Shown here: positions 1 to 8,538 of the stretch, piece after piece
Layout: every line of letters starts with the position of its first letter
Position numbering within the stretch: position 1 is the stretch's first letter
DNA from: a virus
DNA length: 64,000 nt
Strand: one strand, 5' to 3'
IMG/VR virus record: IMGVR_UViG_3300027704_000008
Location: 74,623-138,622 of that record
The notes under the pieces: generated by a model
Database searches by the model: none
Told to the model about the DNA's origin: nothing
What the model saw: only the letters and a program-made list of their open reading frames with translations
Position numbers and translations under genes: made by a program

Positions 1-1006
1 CGAGACCGGGGATATTCTTATAGTCGTTCCCACTACAGGTCTTGTTGAGCAAATGCAGGGTGACTTCGAGGACTATGGATTCAGTAGAGATAACATCCAT
101 ACGATATACTCCGGTAAAGATAAAAATACAGATAAACGAATTATCCTGTCAACATGGCAAAGCATATACAAGCTAAGCCCCGTTTGGTTCAAAAGGTTTG
201 GGTGTATCTTTGGTGATGAGTGTCACGGATTTGCAGCTAAGTCTCTATCGAGCATAATGAATAAAAGCCACAACGCTCAATATCGTATCGGTACCACCGG
301 AACGTTGGATGGTACCAAGACTCACGAGATGGTGCTCAAAGCACTATATGGTCCGGTTATGAATGTGACCACAACTAAGAAACTGCAAGATCAAGGCACC
401 TTGGCGGCTCTAGACATTGATATCATCCAGCTACACTATCCCAAGCATGTGCGGGAGAGTTGGGGCAAAAAGAAGTATCAGGATGAGATCAAGTTTATTA
501 CTCAATATGACCCCCGCAACAAGTTTATATCTAACTTATCGGTTGGACTAAAAGGAAACACCCTTGTACTGTTTCGACTGGTTGATCATGGTAAGGTTTT
601 GTTTGACCTCACTAAGCCCCTAATTGATCCTAACCGCAAAATGTATTACATCCATGGTGGTGTAGGAACAAGCGATAGAGATGCTGTGCGACACATTGTT
701 GAGAAGCAGGACGACGCGATCATATATGCATCCATGGGCACCTTTAGTACAGGTATAAATATACGCAACATACATAACATTGTCTTTGCTTCTCCATCCA
801 AGGGACAAATTAAGGTACTGCAATCAATTGGGAGGGGACTGAGATTAGCCGATAACGGTACAACCACCAAGTTGTACGATATTGTTGACGATGCCCGCCA
901 TATGGGGTATAATAACTTTGCAGTTAAGCATAGCGGAGTTAGAATAAAGATTTATGAGAATCAACTGTTCAAATTCAAATTACATGGAGTAGATCTGTAT
1001 GAATAA
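1..1006 (+). CDS. uvsW: UvsW SF2 DNA helicase (5' end outside window)
   Basis: DECH, TTGT, STGINI, QSIGRGLR helicase motifs; frame is open back to window start; T4 synteny. Confidence 0.95.
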   Translation, partial: ETGDILIVVPTTGLVEQMQGDFEDYGFSRDNIHTIYSGKDKNTDKRIILSTWQSIYKLSPVWFKRFGCIFGDECHGFAAKSLSSIMNKSHNAQYRIGTTGTLDGTKTHEMVLKALYGPVMNVTTTKKLQDQGTLAALDIDIIQLHYPKHVRESWGKKKYQDEIKFITQYDPRNKFISNLSVGLKGNTLVLFRLVDHGKVLFDLTKPLIDPNRKMYYIHGGVGTSDRDAVRHIVEKQDDAIIYASMGTFSTGINIRNIHNIVFASPSKGQIKVLQSIGRGLRLADNGTTTKLYDIVDDARHMGYNNFAVKHSGVRIKIYENQLFKFKLHGVDLYE

Positions 1007-1460
1007 GCTAAAGCAGTACAAACTATCATCCGGTGATGAGATCATATGTGATGTGGTAGATTTCACGGACGATGGTATTGTTGCTAGGAGGGTGATACAG
1101 ATTGATACAATGATACTGGAGGATGGTGTCAGGGCATATGTCATGCGCCCCTGGATGCTATATCAAGACGGAATTGATCAATATACTATTATTAATAACG
1201 ATTGCGTAGCAGCTAGCGCAGTTCCCACCGGTGGTATAATACATCAATACTATACCACCCTGCTGACCACTCTCGAGACCTATCACGATCGCGAGACTCA
1301 CGGGGATATTACGGATAGTGAGTTGCAGGACCTATTGACTGATATAGAATACAACAATCATCACTATGAGACATATGCGCCACACGATGAACCCCTCGAG
1401 GCAGACTCCGATCAACCGAAACGCGGAAACGTACTGTACCTAGATCCAATTATACATTAA
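999..1460 (+). CDS. conserved T4-like hypothetical protein between uvsW and gp55
   Basis: KLSSGDEIIC Sm-like N-terminus; synteny. Confidence 0.6.
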   Translation: MNKLKQYKLSSGDEIICDVVDFTDDGIVARRVIQIDTMILEDGVRAYVMRPWMLYQDGIDQYTIINNDCVAASAVPTGGIIHQYYTTLLTTLETYHDRETHGDITDSELQDLLTDIEYNNHHYETYAPHDEPLEADSDQPKRGNVLYLDPIIH

Positions 1461-1542
1461 TCATACCTCTACGGAGCTTCCCAAACTGCAGGTTTATTAT
1501 ACACTATTTTCAAATAATGTCAACATCAAACAGGAATATATT

Positions 1543-2148
1543 ATGAGCACGCCCAAAGTAAAACCTAAAGACAAGCCACACTATGTCAACAATGCACAGT
1601 TCAGTGCGGCAGTTGTTGAGTATGTGGCTTCAGCGAATGAGCAGATAGATCAAGATCTCCCAGCTCCTATGATCCCAAATTATATCGCTGAATGTTTTCT
1701 TAAAATAGCCGAGGGGCTTTCGCATAAGTCTAACTTTGTTCGTTACACATATCGAGAAGAGATGGTGATGGATGCCGTTGAGAACTGCTTAAAGGCTATC
1801 AAGAATTACAACATTGAAGCCGCTACACGAACAGGCAAGCCAAACGCGTTCTCATACTTCACACAGATATCTTGGTTTGCTTTCCTTCGTCGCATTAAAA
1901 AAGAGAAGGATCAGCAAGAAATCAAGCTGAAGTATATGGCTAGCACAGGTTATGAGGAATACATTAGTGATGGAGGTGAACTTGCCAACGGCCATGTTGC
2001 AACCGCCGCATTCGTTGATCAGCTCAAGGATCGTATAGATCAAATCAAGGCTGTTGATATAGGTGTTAAGCACACACCTCATCCAGCCCCAAGGAAACGC
2101 CGAGCAAGAAAAGTAGACAGTGATTTATCTGATTTTATTGTTGACTAA
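1543..2148 (+). CDS. gp55: late-transcription sigma factor gp55
   Basis: HYVNN, IAEGLSHKSNF.RYTY.EEMVMDAVENC, NAFSYFTQI motifs. Confidence 0.95.
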   Translation: MSTPKVKPKDKPHYVNNAQFSAAVVEYVASANEQIDQDLPAPMIPNYIAECFLKIAEGLSHKSNFVRYTYREEMVMDAVENCLKAIKNYNIEAATRTGKPNAFSYFTQISWFAFLRRIKKEKDQQEIKLKYMASTGYEEYISDGGELANGHVATAAFVDQLKDRIDQIKAVDIGVKHTPHPAPRKRRARKVDSDLSDFIVD

Positions 2149-2169
2149 ATCCCCATATACAAGTATAAT
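2141..2169 (+). promoter_or_regulatory. sigma70-type promoter upstream of gp47
   Basis: TTGACT-17-TATAAT. Confidence 0.8.
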
Positions 2170-2241
2170 ATCTTATTAATTGAACTACCTGATCACACAC
2201 TGATCAGGTACTACCCTTTATTATATTGAGAGGATAAGATC

Positions 2242-3318
2242 ATACGTATAGCAATCTTAAACGATACACATGCCGGAGTAAGAAACTCTTCCGAAATCTT
2301 TATCGAGTACCAGCGCCGCTTCTATGAAGAGGTATTCTTCCCATACTGTAACGATAATGGAATCAAGCAGATTATTCATCTGGGCGACTATTATGAAAAC
2401 CGCAAGTTTATAAACTTCAAAGCCTTAAAAGCCAATCGCATGATGTTCCTTGAAAGGTTAAGGGAGTATGGTATCACGATGGATATCATTGCGGGAAACC
2501 ATGACTTATTCTGGAAAAACTCTTCTGAGTTGTGTGCTCTCAATGAGCTGCTTGGGCATTATATGAATGAGGTTAACATTATCCATAAACCTACCATAAT
2601 GGATTACGATGGGATGAAGATGGGTCTTGTTCCATGGATCAACGCCAACAACCAAGAAACTTCTTTTAACTTCTTAGATAATTGTAAAGCTGATATCATA
2701 GGAGCTCATCTTGAGCTAGCTGGCTTTGATGTTACTCCTGGTAGGCCAATGGCTCATGGTATGGGAATAGAGCACTTTCAAAGGTTTGAAATGGTACTGT
2801 CGGGCCACTATCACACAAAAAGTTCTCAGAATGGTATTTATTATCTCGGAAGCCAGATGGAGTTTTTTTGGAATGATGCCCATGATCCTAAGTACTTTCA
2901 TGTATTAGATACTGCTACTCGTAAACTGGAACACGTTCTTAATCCTATAACACTGTTTGAGAAGATATATTACGATGATAGTCAACTGGCGCTAGAACCA
3001 GCAAAGTATTTCAACTGTCCACTCGATCATCTTGACCAAAAATTCGTAAAGATTATTGTTACCAAGAAAACAAATCCATATATGTTCGACCAGTTCATTG
3101 ATCGCATTCAAAACCGATCTATATATGAGTTGAAAATTGCTGAGGACTTCGCTGAGTTTAGAGGAACGGCTGTAGATGACGACGACGTCTTGATAGAAGA
3201 TACATCCTCACTATTAAATAGCTACATCGATTCAGTTGATACCAAACTGGATAAAGAACACATCAAACAACAAGTGCACGAACTAATGATTGAAGCCCAG
3301 AGCTTAGAAGTATCATAG
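2242..3318 (+). CDS. gp47: recombination endonuclease subunit gp47 (Mre11/SbcD-like); probable ATA start at 2242
   Basis: DTH, LGD, GNHD, SGHYH metallophosphoesterase motifs; the first two lie upstream of the ATG at 2440 in the same open frame. Confidence 0.92.
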   Translation: MRIAILNDTHAGVRNSSEIFIEYQRRFYEEVFFPYCNDNGIKQIIHLGDYYENRKFINFKALKANRMMFLERLREYGITMDIIAGNHDLFWKNSSELCALNELLGHYMNEVNIIHKPTIMDYDGMKMGLVPWINANNQETSFNFLDNCKADIIGAHLELAGFDVTPGRPMAHGMGIEHFQRFEMVLSGHYHTKSSQNGIYYLGSQMEFFWNDAHDPKYFHVLDTATRKLEHVLNPITLFEKIYYDDSQLALEPAKYFNCPLDHLDQKFVKIIVTKKTNPYMFDQFIDRIQNRSIYELKIAEDFAEFRGTAVDDDDVLIEDTSSLLNSYIDSVDTKLDKEHIKQQVHELMIEAQSLEVS

Positions 3319-5034
3319 ATGATAACATTTGAAAAATTAAGATATCGAAATTTCTTGTCGACAGGTGACGCTTGGAACGAGATTAATTTTACTGCCCATA
3401 AGACCACGCTGGTGGTTGGTCATAATGGGTCTGGCAAGTCTACAATGCTGGACGCTTTATCGTTTGCTTTATTTGGTAAGGCACACCGCAATATCAAAAA
3501 GGCCCAGCTGGTTAATAGTATCAATAAGAAGGGCACTGTAGTAGAAGTCGAGTTTAAAGTGCATGGGTCTCACTTTCGAATTCATAGGTCTATTAAACCT
3601 AATGCATTTGAGATTTGGAAAGATGATACAATGATCAATCAGGATTCACACGCAAAAGAATATCAAAAAATTCTTGAGCAAAATATTATTAAGCTCAACC
3701 ACAAGAGCTTCCACCAGATCGTTGTATTGGGGTCATCCTCATTTGTTCCATTCATGCAGCTAAACAGCTCTAACCGGAGCGAGGTGATACAAGAGCTGTT
3801 GGACATTGGTGTGTTTAGTTCAATGTACCTTATCTTGCGGGAAAAGACCGGCCTTCTAAAAGAAAAGATAAGACAAAATGATTATAACATTGATATACTT
3901 GAAACAAAGATCGACGCGGCAGTGGATAACATTAGTAAGATCAAACTGATTGGACAAGAGCAGAAGCAATCTAAACAAGTTCAGATAGATGATTGGAAAG
4001 TTAAGATCGATGACCTGCAAGTAGAAAACAATTCATTGCAGGTGGCTGTTGCCTCTGTGCAGGGAGCTGCAACAATGAGCCAAATTAAGTTTCAGGATCA
4101 AATGGCTGGTTATAAGAAGTTCCAGCAACAGTTCTCGCTGGAGATTGCAACTCTCGAAAAGAGCTCTCTATTTTATGAAGAACATGATGAGTGTCCGACG
4201 TGCTCTCAATCAATTGGACCGAAGCTTAAAGAAAAGAAACAACTAGCGGCTTTGGAACGCGATGCTGATCTAAATCGGGGTATAGTAGAGTTGGATGAAG
4301 CTATGAATGTGGCCGGCGCATCACTCATAGAGGCCCAATTATTACTCAAGACGGTTACTGATAACCTGGGAACTATACAGCAGAATAACGCAAGTATAGG
4401 TCATCTAAACACCAATGTTGCTTCAGCTATGACAGAAATATCTAACATCGGTAAGGGAGCCGGAGATCTCACTGCTGCCAATAATAATAGGAACGCGCTA
4501 ACAGAAGAGTTATCTACACTAGAGACAGCCCGCGGGGAGATGAGCTATCAGGCTTTATATAATCGTGTTATAGCCGAGTTACTAAAGGACACTGGTATCC
4601 GCACCAAGATAATTAAGCAATATCTTCCGGTCATTAATCAAGTTGTTAATCAGTACCTACAGACTCTCGACTTCTTCGTTAGCTTCAACCTTGACGAGAA
4701 TTTCCAAGAAACTATTCGATCTCGCCACAGGGATGATTTCACATATGACTCGTTTTCAGAAGGGGAGAAGCAACGAATCGATTTGGCGTTGTTGTTCACA
4801 TGGAGGATGATTGCCAAGATGAAGAACAGTGTTAGCACAAACCTTTTGTTATTGGACGAGACATTCGATTCATCTTTAGACGACGATGGTGTTGACAATC
4901 TAATGAAGATACTGTATACTTTTGACACAGATACGAATGTGTTCGTCATAAGTCATAAGGGCGAACTACTTGATGGCAAGTTCGATAGCAAGATAGAGTT
5001 CCATAAACACAAAAACTTTAGTAAAATGAAATAG
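3319..5034 (+). CDS. gp46: recombination ATPase subunit gp46 (Rad50/SbcC-like)
   Basis: GHNGSGKST Walker A, CPTC zinc hook, FSEGE signature, LLLDE. Confidence 0.97.
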   Translation: MITFEKLRYRNFLSTGDAWNEINFTAHKTTLVVGHNGSGKSTMLDALSFALFGKAHRNIKKAQLVNSINKKGTVVEVEFKVHGSHFRIHRSIKPNAFEIWKDDTMINQDSHAKEYQKILEQNIIKLNHKSFHQIVVLGSSSFVPFMQLNSSNRSEVIQELLDIGVFSSMYLILREKTGLLKEKIRQNDYNIDILETKIDAAVDNISKIKLIGQEQKQSKQVQIDDWKVKIDDLQVENNSLQVAVASVQGAATMSQIKFQDQMAGYKKFQQQFSLEIATLEKSSLFYEEHDECPTCSQSIGPKLKEKKQLAALERDADLNRGIVELDEAMNVAGASLIEAQLLLKTVTDNLGTIQQNNASIGHLNTNVASAMTEISNIGKGAGDLTAANNNRNALTEELSTLETARGEMSYQALYNRVIAELLKDTGIRTKIIKQYLPVINQVVNQYLQTLDFFVSFNLDENFQETIRSRHRDDFTYDSFSEGEKQRIDLALLFTWRMIAKMKNSVSTNLLLLDETFDSSLDDDGVDNLMKILYTFDTDTNVFVISHKGELLDGKFDSKIEFHKHKNFSKMK

Positions 5035-5041
5035 GTATATT

Positions 5042-5716
5042 ATGCAATTATCATCTGAAACAATTACAGTGCTAAAAAACATGGCCAATATTAATCCTAA
5101 TATTGTTATTCAACCTGGATCTAAACTAACCACAATAGGTGAGTCTCGAACAGTGTTCGCTACCGCCACCGTTCAGGAAGCATTTCCCATTCAAATGGGC
5201 ATCTACGATCTCGATGAATTTCTTCGGGCAGTTGCTTTGGTTGATAAGGCAGATCTAACATTTAATGATAAGTATGTTCAGATAAGTGACCAGAGTAACA
5301 GAGCCTCTATTAAGTATTTCTATAGCAGTCCTGATATTTTAACTAGTCCAAAGAAAGACATTGTTATGCCACATGCGGAAGTTACATTCACTGTCGATAA
5401 CGACACCATGAATAATGTAATCAAAGCTGCCGGAGTATTTGGACATGATATGTTCACTGTCACTGCAAATAATGGTACGTTGAGTCTAGGCGTTGTCGAT
5501 CCTGAAGACAGCACCTCAAATGCATACTCCATCGACATCGATGGAGAATTCGAAACAGAGGACTTTAAGTTCATTATACGTATATCAAACCTTAAAATGT
5601 TGCCAGGCACATATGAGGTCAAGTTGTCATCCAAGGAAATATCTCAGTTCACCAACGTTGAAAAAGATATTACTTACTGGGTGGCTTTAGAAAAGAATTC
5701 ACAGTATGGTGGATAA
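5042..5716 (+). CDS. gp45: sliding clamp gp45
   Basis: MQLS..T..VLKN.A.IN, IYDL.EFL, NLKMLPG.Y, YWVALE. Confidence 0.93.
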   Translation: MQLSSETITVLKNMANINPNIVIQPGSKLTTIGESRTVFATATVQEAFPIQMGIYDLDEFLRAVALVDKADLTFNDKYVQISDQSNRASIKYFYSSPDILTSPKKDIVMPHAEVTFTVDNDTMNNVIKAAGVFGHDMFTVTANNGTLSLGVVDPEDSTSNAYSIDIDGEFETEDFKFIIRISNLKMLPGTYEVKLSSKEISQFTNVEKDITYWVALEKNSQYGG

Positions 5717-5745
5717 ATTAACCAACAATATTATGGAGGCATATT

Positions 5746-5967
5746 ATGTCTAAAGAAGAAGCATTGCAAAAACAAGAAGCCAACGACACAACTCACGATG
5801 CGGTATATGAGTTGTCTAATCGTTCTGGACGCAGCATGATTGCTGTAATTGATACTATCACAGCCCGTGGCGGATTCCGTGGAGAAGAGTTATCAACCAT
5901 CGGTCAGTTACGTGACCAGGCATCACAGTTGGTGCAGATGTCTGAGGAATACCATAGCAAAGGTTGA
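5746..5967 (+). CDS. small conserved hypothetical protein
   Basis: GGAGG RBS; located between gp45 and gp44. Confidence 0.7.
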   Translation: MSKEEALQKQEANDTTHDAVYELSNRSGRSMIAVIDTITARGGFRGEELSTIGQLRDQASQLVQMSEEYHSKG

Positions 5968-5996
5968 TTGAGAATACATATATTATGGAGAAGTGA

Positions 5997-6932
5997 ATGT
6001 CAAAAGACTTTTTATGGACGGAAAAATTTAGACCGCACACAATTGAGGATACGATACTTCCGGATAATCTTAAACAGGTTTTTCAGAAGATAGTTGACTC
6101 AGGGGAAATTCCTAACATGCTGTTATCCGGAACAGCTGGGCTAGGTAAGACAACCGTTGCTAGGGCTCTATGTGATCAACTCGACTTAGACTACATCGTG
6201 GTCAACGGATCAGAGGAGGGAAACATAGAGACCTTGCGGGGCAAGATCAAGCAGTTTGCATCGTCAGTTAGCTTGCATGGGGGGTACAAGGTTGTTATTC
6301 TCGATGAGGCCGACTATCTTAATCCTCAATCGACTCAACCAGCACTCCGTGGGTTCATAGAGCAGTTCAGCGACAACTGTAGATTTATCTTAACTTGCAA
6401 CCTCAAAAACAGAATCATTGAACCTCTACACTCCCGGTGTGGGGTATATGAGTTTAATACTCCCCGTAAGGACATGGGACAGTTGTGCGCTCAGTTTATG
6501 AGACGGTTAGAGTGGATCCTGGGGGAAGAAGGAGTTTCCTACGACCGATCTGTTGTTGCTAATATGATCCAGACACATGCCCCCGACTGGAGGCGAATTG
6601 TGGTTGAGTGTCAACGTCATAGTACTGTTGGTCTTAGTGACGATAGGGTTGTTATAAGCAACAATACAACCTATGACGTTTTGTTTGATCACCTTAAAGA
6701 TAAGCAGTTCGCTAAGATGAGACAGTGGGTGGTTAATAACATCGATGTCGATACATCCACCATCTTTCGTGGCATATATGACCGAATGATGGATAGCGTT
6801 GAGCCGAATAGCGTTCCTCAGGTAGTTCTTATTCTAGCAGACTACCAATACAAGGCTGCATTCGTGGCTGATGCTGAACTCAATACCGTTGCTTGTTTAA
6901 CTGAGCTGATGGTTAATGTGGAGTTCAAATGA
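5997..6932 (+). CDS. gp44: clamp loader large subunit gp44
   Basis: LW.EKFRP, GLGKTT, ILDEADYL, SRC. Confidence 0.96.
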   Translation: MSKDFLWTEKFRPHTIEDTILPDNLKQVFQKIVDSGEIPNMLLSGTAGLGKTTVARALCDQLDLDYIVVNGSEEGNIETLRGKIKQFASSVSLHGGYKVVILDEADYLNPQSTQPALRGFIEQFSDNCRFILTCNLKNRIIEPLHSRCGVYEFNTPRKDMGQLCAQFMRRLEWILGEEGVSYDRSVVANMIQTHAPDWRRIVVECQRHSTVGLSDDRVVISNNTTYDVLFDHLKDKQFAKMRQWVVNNIDVDTSTIFRGIYDRMMDSVEPNSVPQVVLILADYQYKAAFVADAELNTVACLTELMVNVEFK

Positions 6933-7318
6933 CCGGTAAATTATCTCCGTTTGCCTTCCTCAATGAGATTAACACTGGCAAGAAGGATATAATGGTCGAC
7001 GATATTGCAGAGGGACAGTATGTTCCCTTTGTGGTTAATCGAACCTTATCGTACTTCAAAGAGTGTGTTCTAATCGCAAATGAGATGAACATTCACCACC
7101 ACCTAGATCACAAACTCCAGTTTGGCTTTTTGATAAATATAACTCGTAAACGCAAGCGTTTTACGAAGTGGTCCAAGCCCGAAGTGGATAGTGATTTGAG
7201 TGTAGTAAAAGAGTATTATGGATACAGCAATACAGATGCTAGTCAAGCTCTTTCTCTATTATCACCTGACCAAATAAAAACATTAAAAGATAAGGTGAAT
7301 AAAGGTGGCAGAAGATAA
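6929..7318 (+). CDS. gp62: clamp loader small subunit gp62
   Basis: Y.PFVVNR.LS, KRKRF.KW.K, KEYYGYS. Confidence 0.92.
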   Translation: MTGKLSPFAFLNEINTGKKDIMVDDIAEGQYVPFVVNRTLSYFKECVLIANEMNIHHHLDHKLQFGFLINITRKRKRFTKWSKPEVDSDLSVVKEYYGYSNTDASQALSLLSPDQIKTLKDKVNKGGRR

Positions 7319-7715
7319 TCTTGTACAGTGGACTCCGGCACTCATGCTGGAAATTATACTAAGTGAACCAGACGATTTCCTCAAGGTGAAGGAGACCCTA
7401 ACTAGGATAGGAGTAGCTTCCCGCAAGGACAATAAGCTGTTCCAGTCGTGTCATATCCTACACAAACAGGGTAGATACTTTATTGTTCACTTTAAAGAGC
7501 TATTCATCCTTGACGGGAAGAAGGCTAATCTGGAGCAGTCTGATTTAGACAGACGCAATACAATAGCGCAGTTGTTGGCCGATTGGGGCCTCGTGGACAT
7601 ATCTGCACCATCCCAGCTAGAAACATTTGCGCCGCTCCGACAGATTAAAATTATTTCCTTTAAGGAGAAGGATCAGTGGGAGCTGTGTCCTAAATATAAT
7701 ATTGGAAATAAATGA
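7305..7715 (+). CDS. regA: translational repressor RegA
   Basis: DDFLKVKETLTRIG, QSCHILHKQGRYFIVHFKELF. Confidence 0.97.
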   Translation: MAEDNLVQWTPALMLEIILSEPDDFLKVKETLTRIGVASRKDNKLFQSCHILHKQGRYFIVHFKELFILDGKKANLEQSDLDRRNTIAQLLADWGLVDISAPSQLETFAPLRQIKIISFKEKDQWELCPKYNIGNK

Positions 7716-7867
7716 CCCCAGAAGAACACTATAACAGAATGATGGAGATGTTTGGAGAAGGTATTCCTAACCCCGAACACCACCCAACGAAATTTCAGTA
7801 CTATGTTAGATTGTATAAACATCTATACCATGGTACTGAAATTCAGGATGCGGATAACCGGTCCTGA
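7712..7867 (+). CDS. small hypothetical protein (51 aa, not in ORF track)
   Basis: MTPEEHYNRMMEMFGEGIPNPEHHP...; start overlaps regA stop. Confidence 0.5.
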   Translation: MTPEEHYNRMMEMFGEGIPNPEHHPTKFQYYVRLYKHLYHGTEIQDADNRS

Positions 7868-7900
7868 TAACCTTGCTTTTAATTAAGGAGGTAGATAATG
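7843..7900 (+). promoter_or_regulatory. ROSE-like RNA thermometer in hsp20 leader
   Basis: hairpin TCAGGA..TCCTGA then CCTTGCTT-loop-AAGGAGG pairing over the SD with a bulged G. Confidence 0.6.
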
Positions 7901-8308
7901 TCTACAGCAAAAGCAATACCACAATTCCCACACCTTGTGGGTTTCGAGCAACTGTTCGAGCAAATAACTCGCCCGTCGAGGAAAGTGTGTTATCCACCAC
8001 ACAACATTGTTAAGGTCAACGATACCCAATATGCTATAGAACTAGCTGTGGCTGGTTTTGTTATGAAAGACCTAAACATTGAACTACACGATCACGTATT
8101 AATTATTACGGGAACTCCTAACGTAGAAAAATCTGTTGAATATATCTACAAGGGATTATCAACTCGCGCGTTCGTTAAGAAATTTGATATGGCCGACAAC
8201 GTTGAAGTTGAAGGAGCTACCATTGCACACGGCATCTTAACCATAAACCTGAACGTGGTTAGTCCAAATACTAAATCGGTACAAATTAATATCAAGGAGG
8301 AGATATGA
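7898..8308 (+). CDS. hsp20: small heat shock protein (Hsp20/IbpA-like)
   Basis: YPPHNI, IELAVAGF, Y..KGLS.R.F, GILTI. Confidence 0.92.
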   Translation: MSTAKAIPQFPHLVGFEQLFEQITRPSRKVCYPPHNIVKVNDTQYAIELAVAGFVMKDLNIELHDHVLIITGTPNVEKSVEYIYKGLSTRAFVKKFDMADNVEVEGATIAHGILTINLNVVSPNTKSVQINIKEEI

Positions 8309-8446
8309 TTAGGTATATTAAAAACGCTAGAAAACGTGACCTAGGATGGGACATCTTTTCCATAGCAATATTCGTAAGTATTCCATTCGCTATATCATAT
8401 AGTCTTGGAGTCGGTATATACTGAGGTGGTAAATATCGAACACAAT

Positions 8447-8470
8447 AAGGGGCCAATGAGCCCCTTTTCT
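8447..8470 (+). terminator. intrinsic terminator
   Basis: AAGGGGC-caatga-GCCCCTT followed by T-rich tract. Confidence 0.7.
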
Positions 8471-8472
8471 TG

Positions 8473-8501
8473 TTGACATATCCTTAATAGACGCGTATAA
8501 T
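8473..8501 (+). promoter_or_regulatory. sigma70 promoter of gp43
   Basis: perfect TTGACA-17-TATAAT. Confidence 0.85.
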
Positions 8502-8538
8502 ATATTATTCACCCGTGAACTAAATTAATAGGCTCAAA

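Noticed and set aside
754-761. TATAAATA late promoter inside uvsW
   Set aside because: Falls within codons of the conserved GINI helicase motif, so it may be incidental
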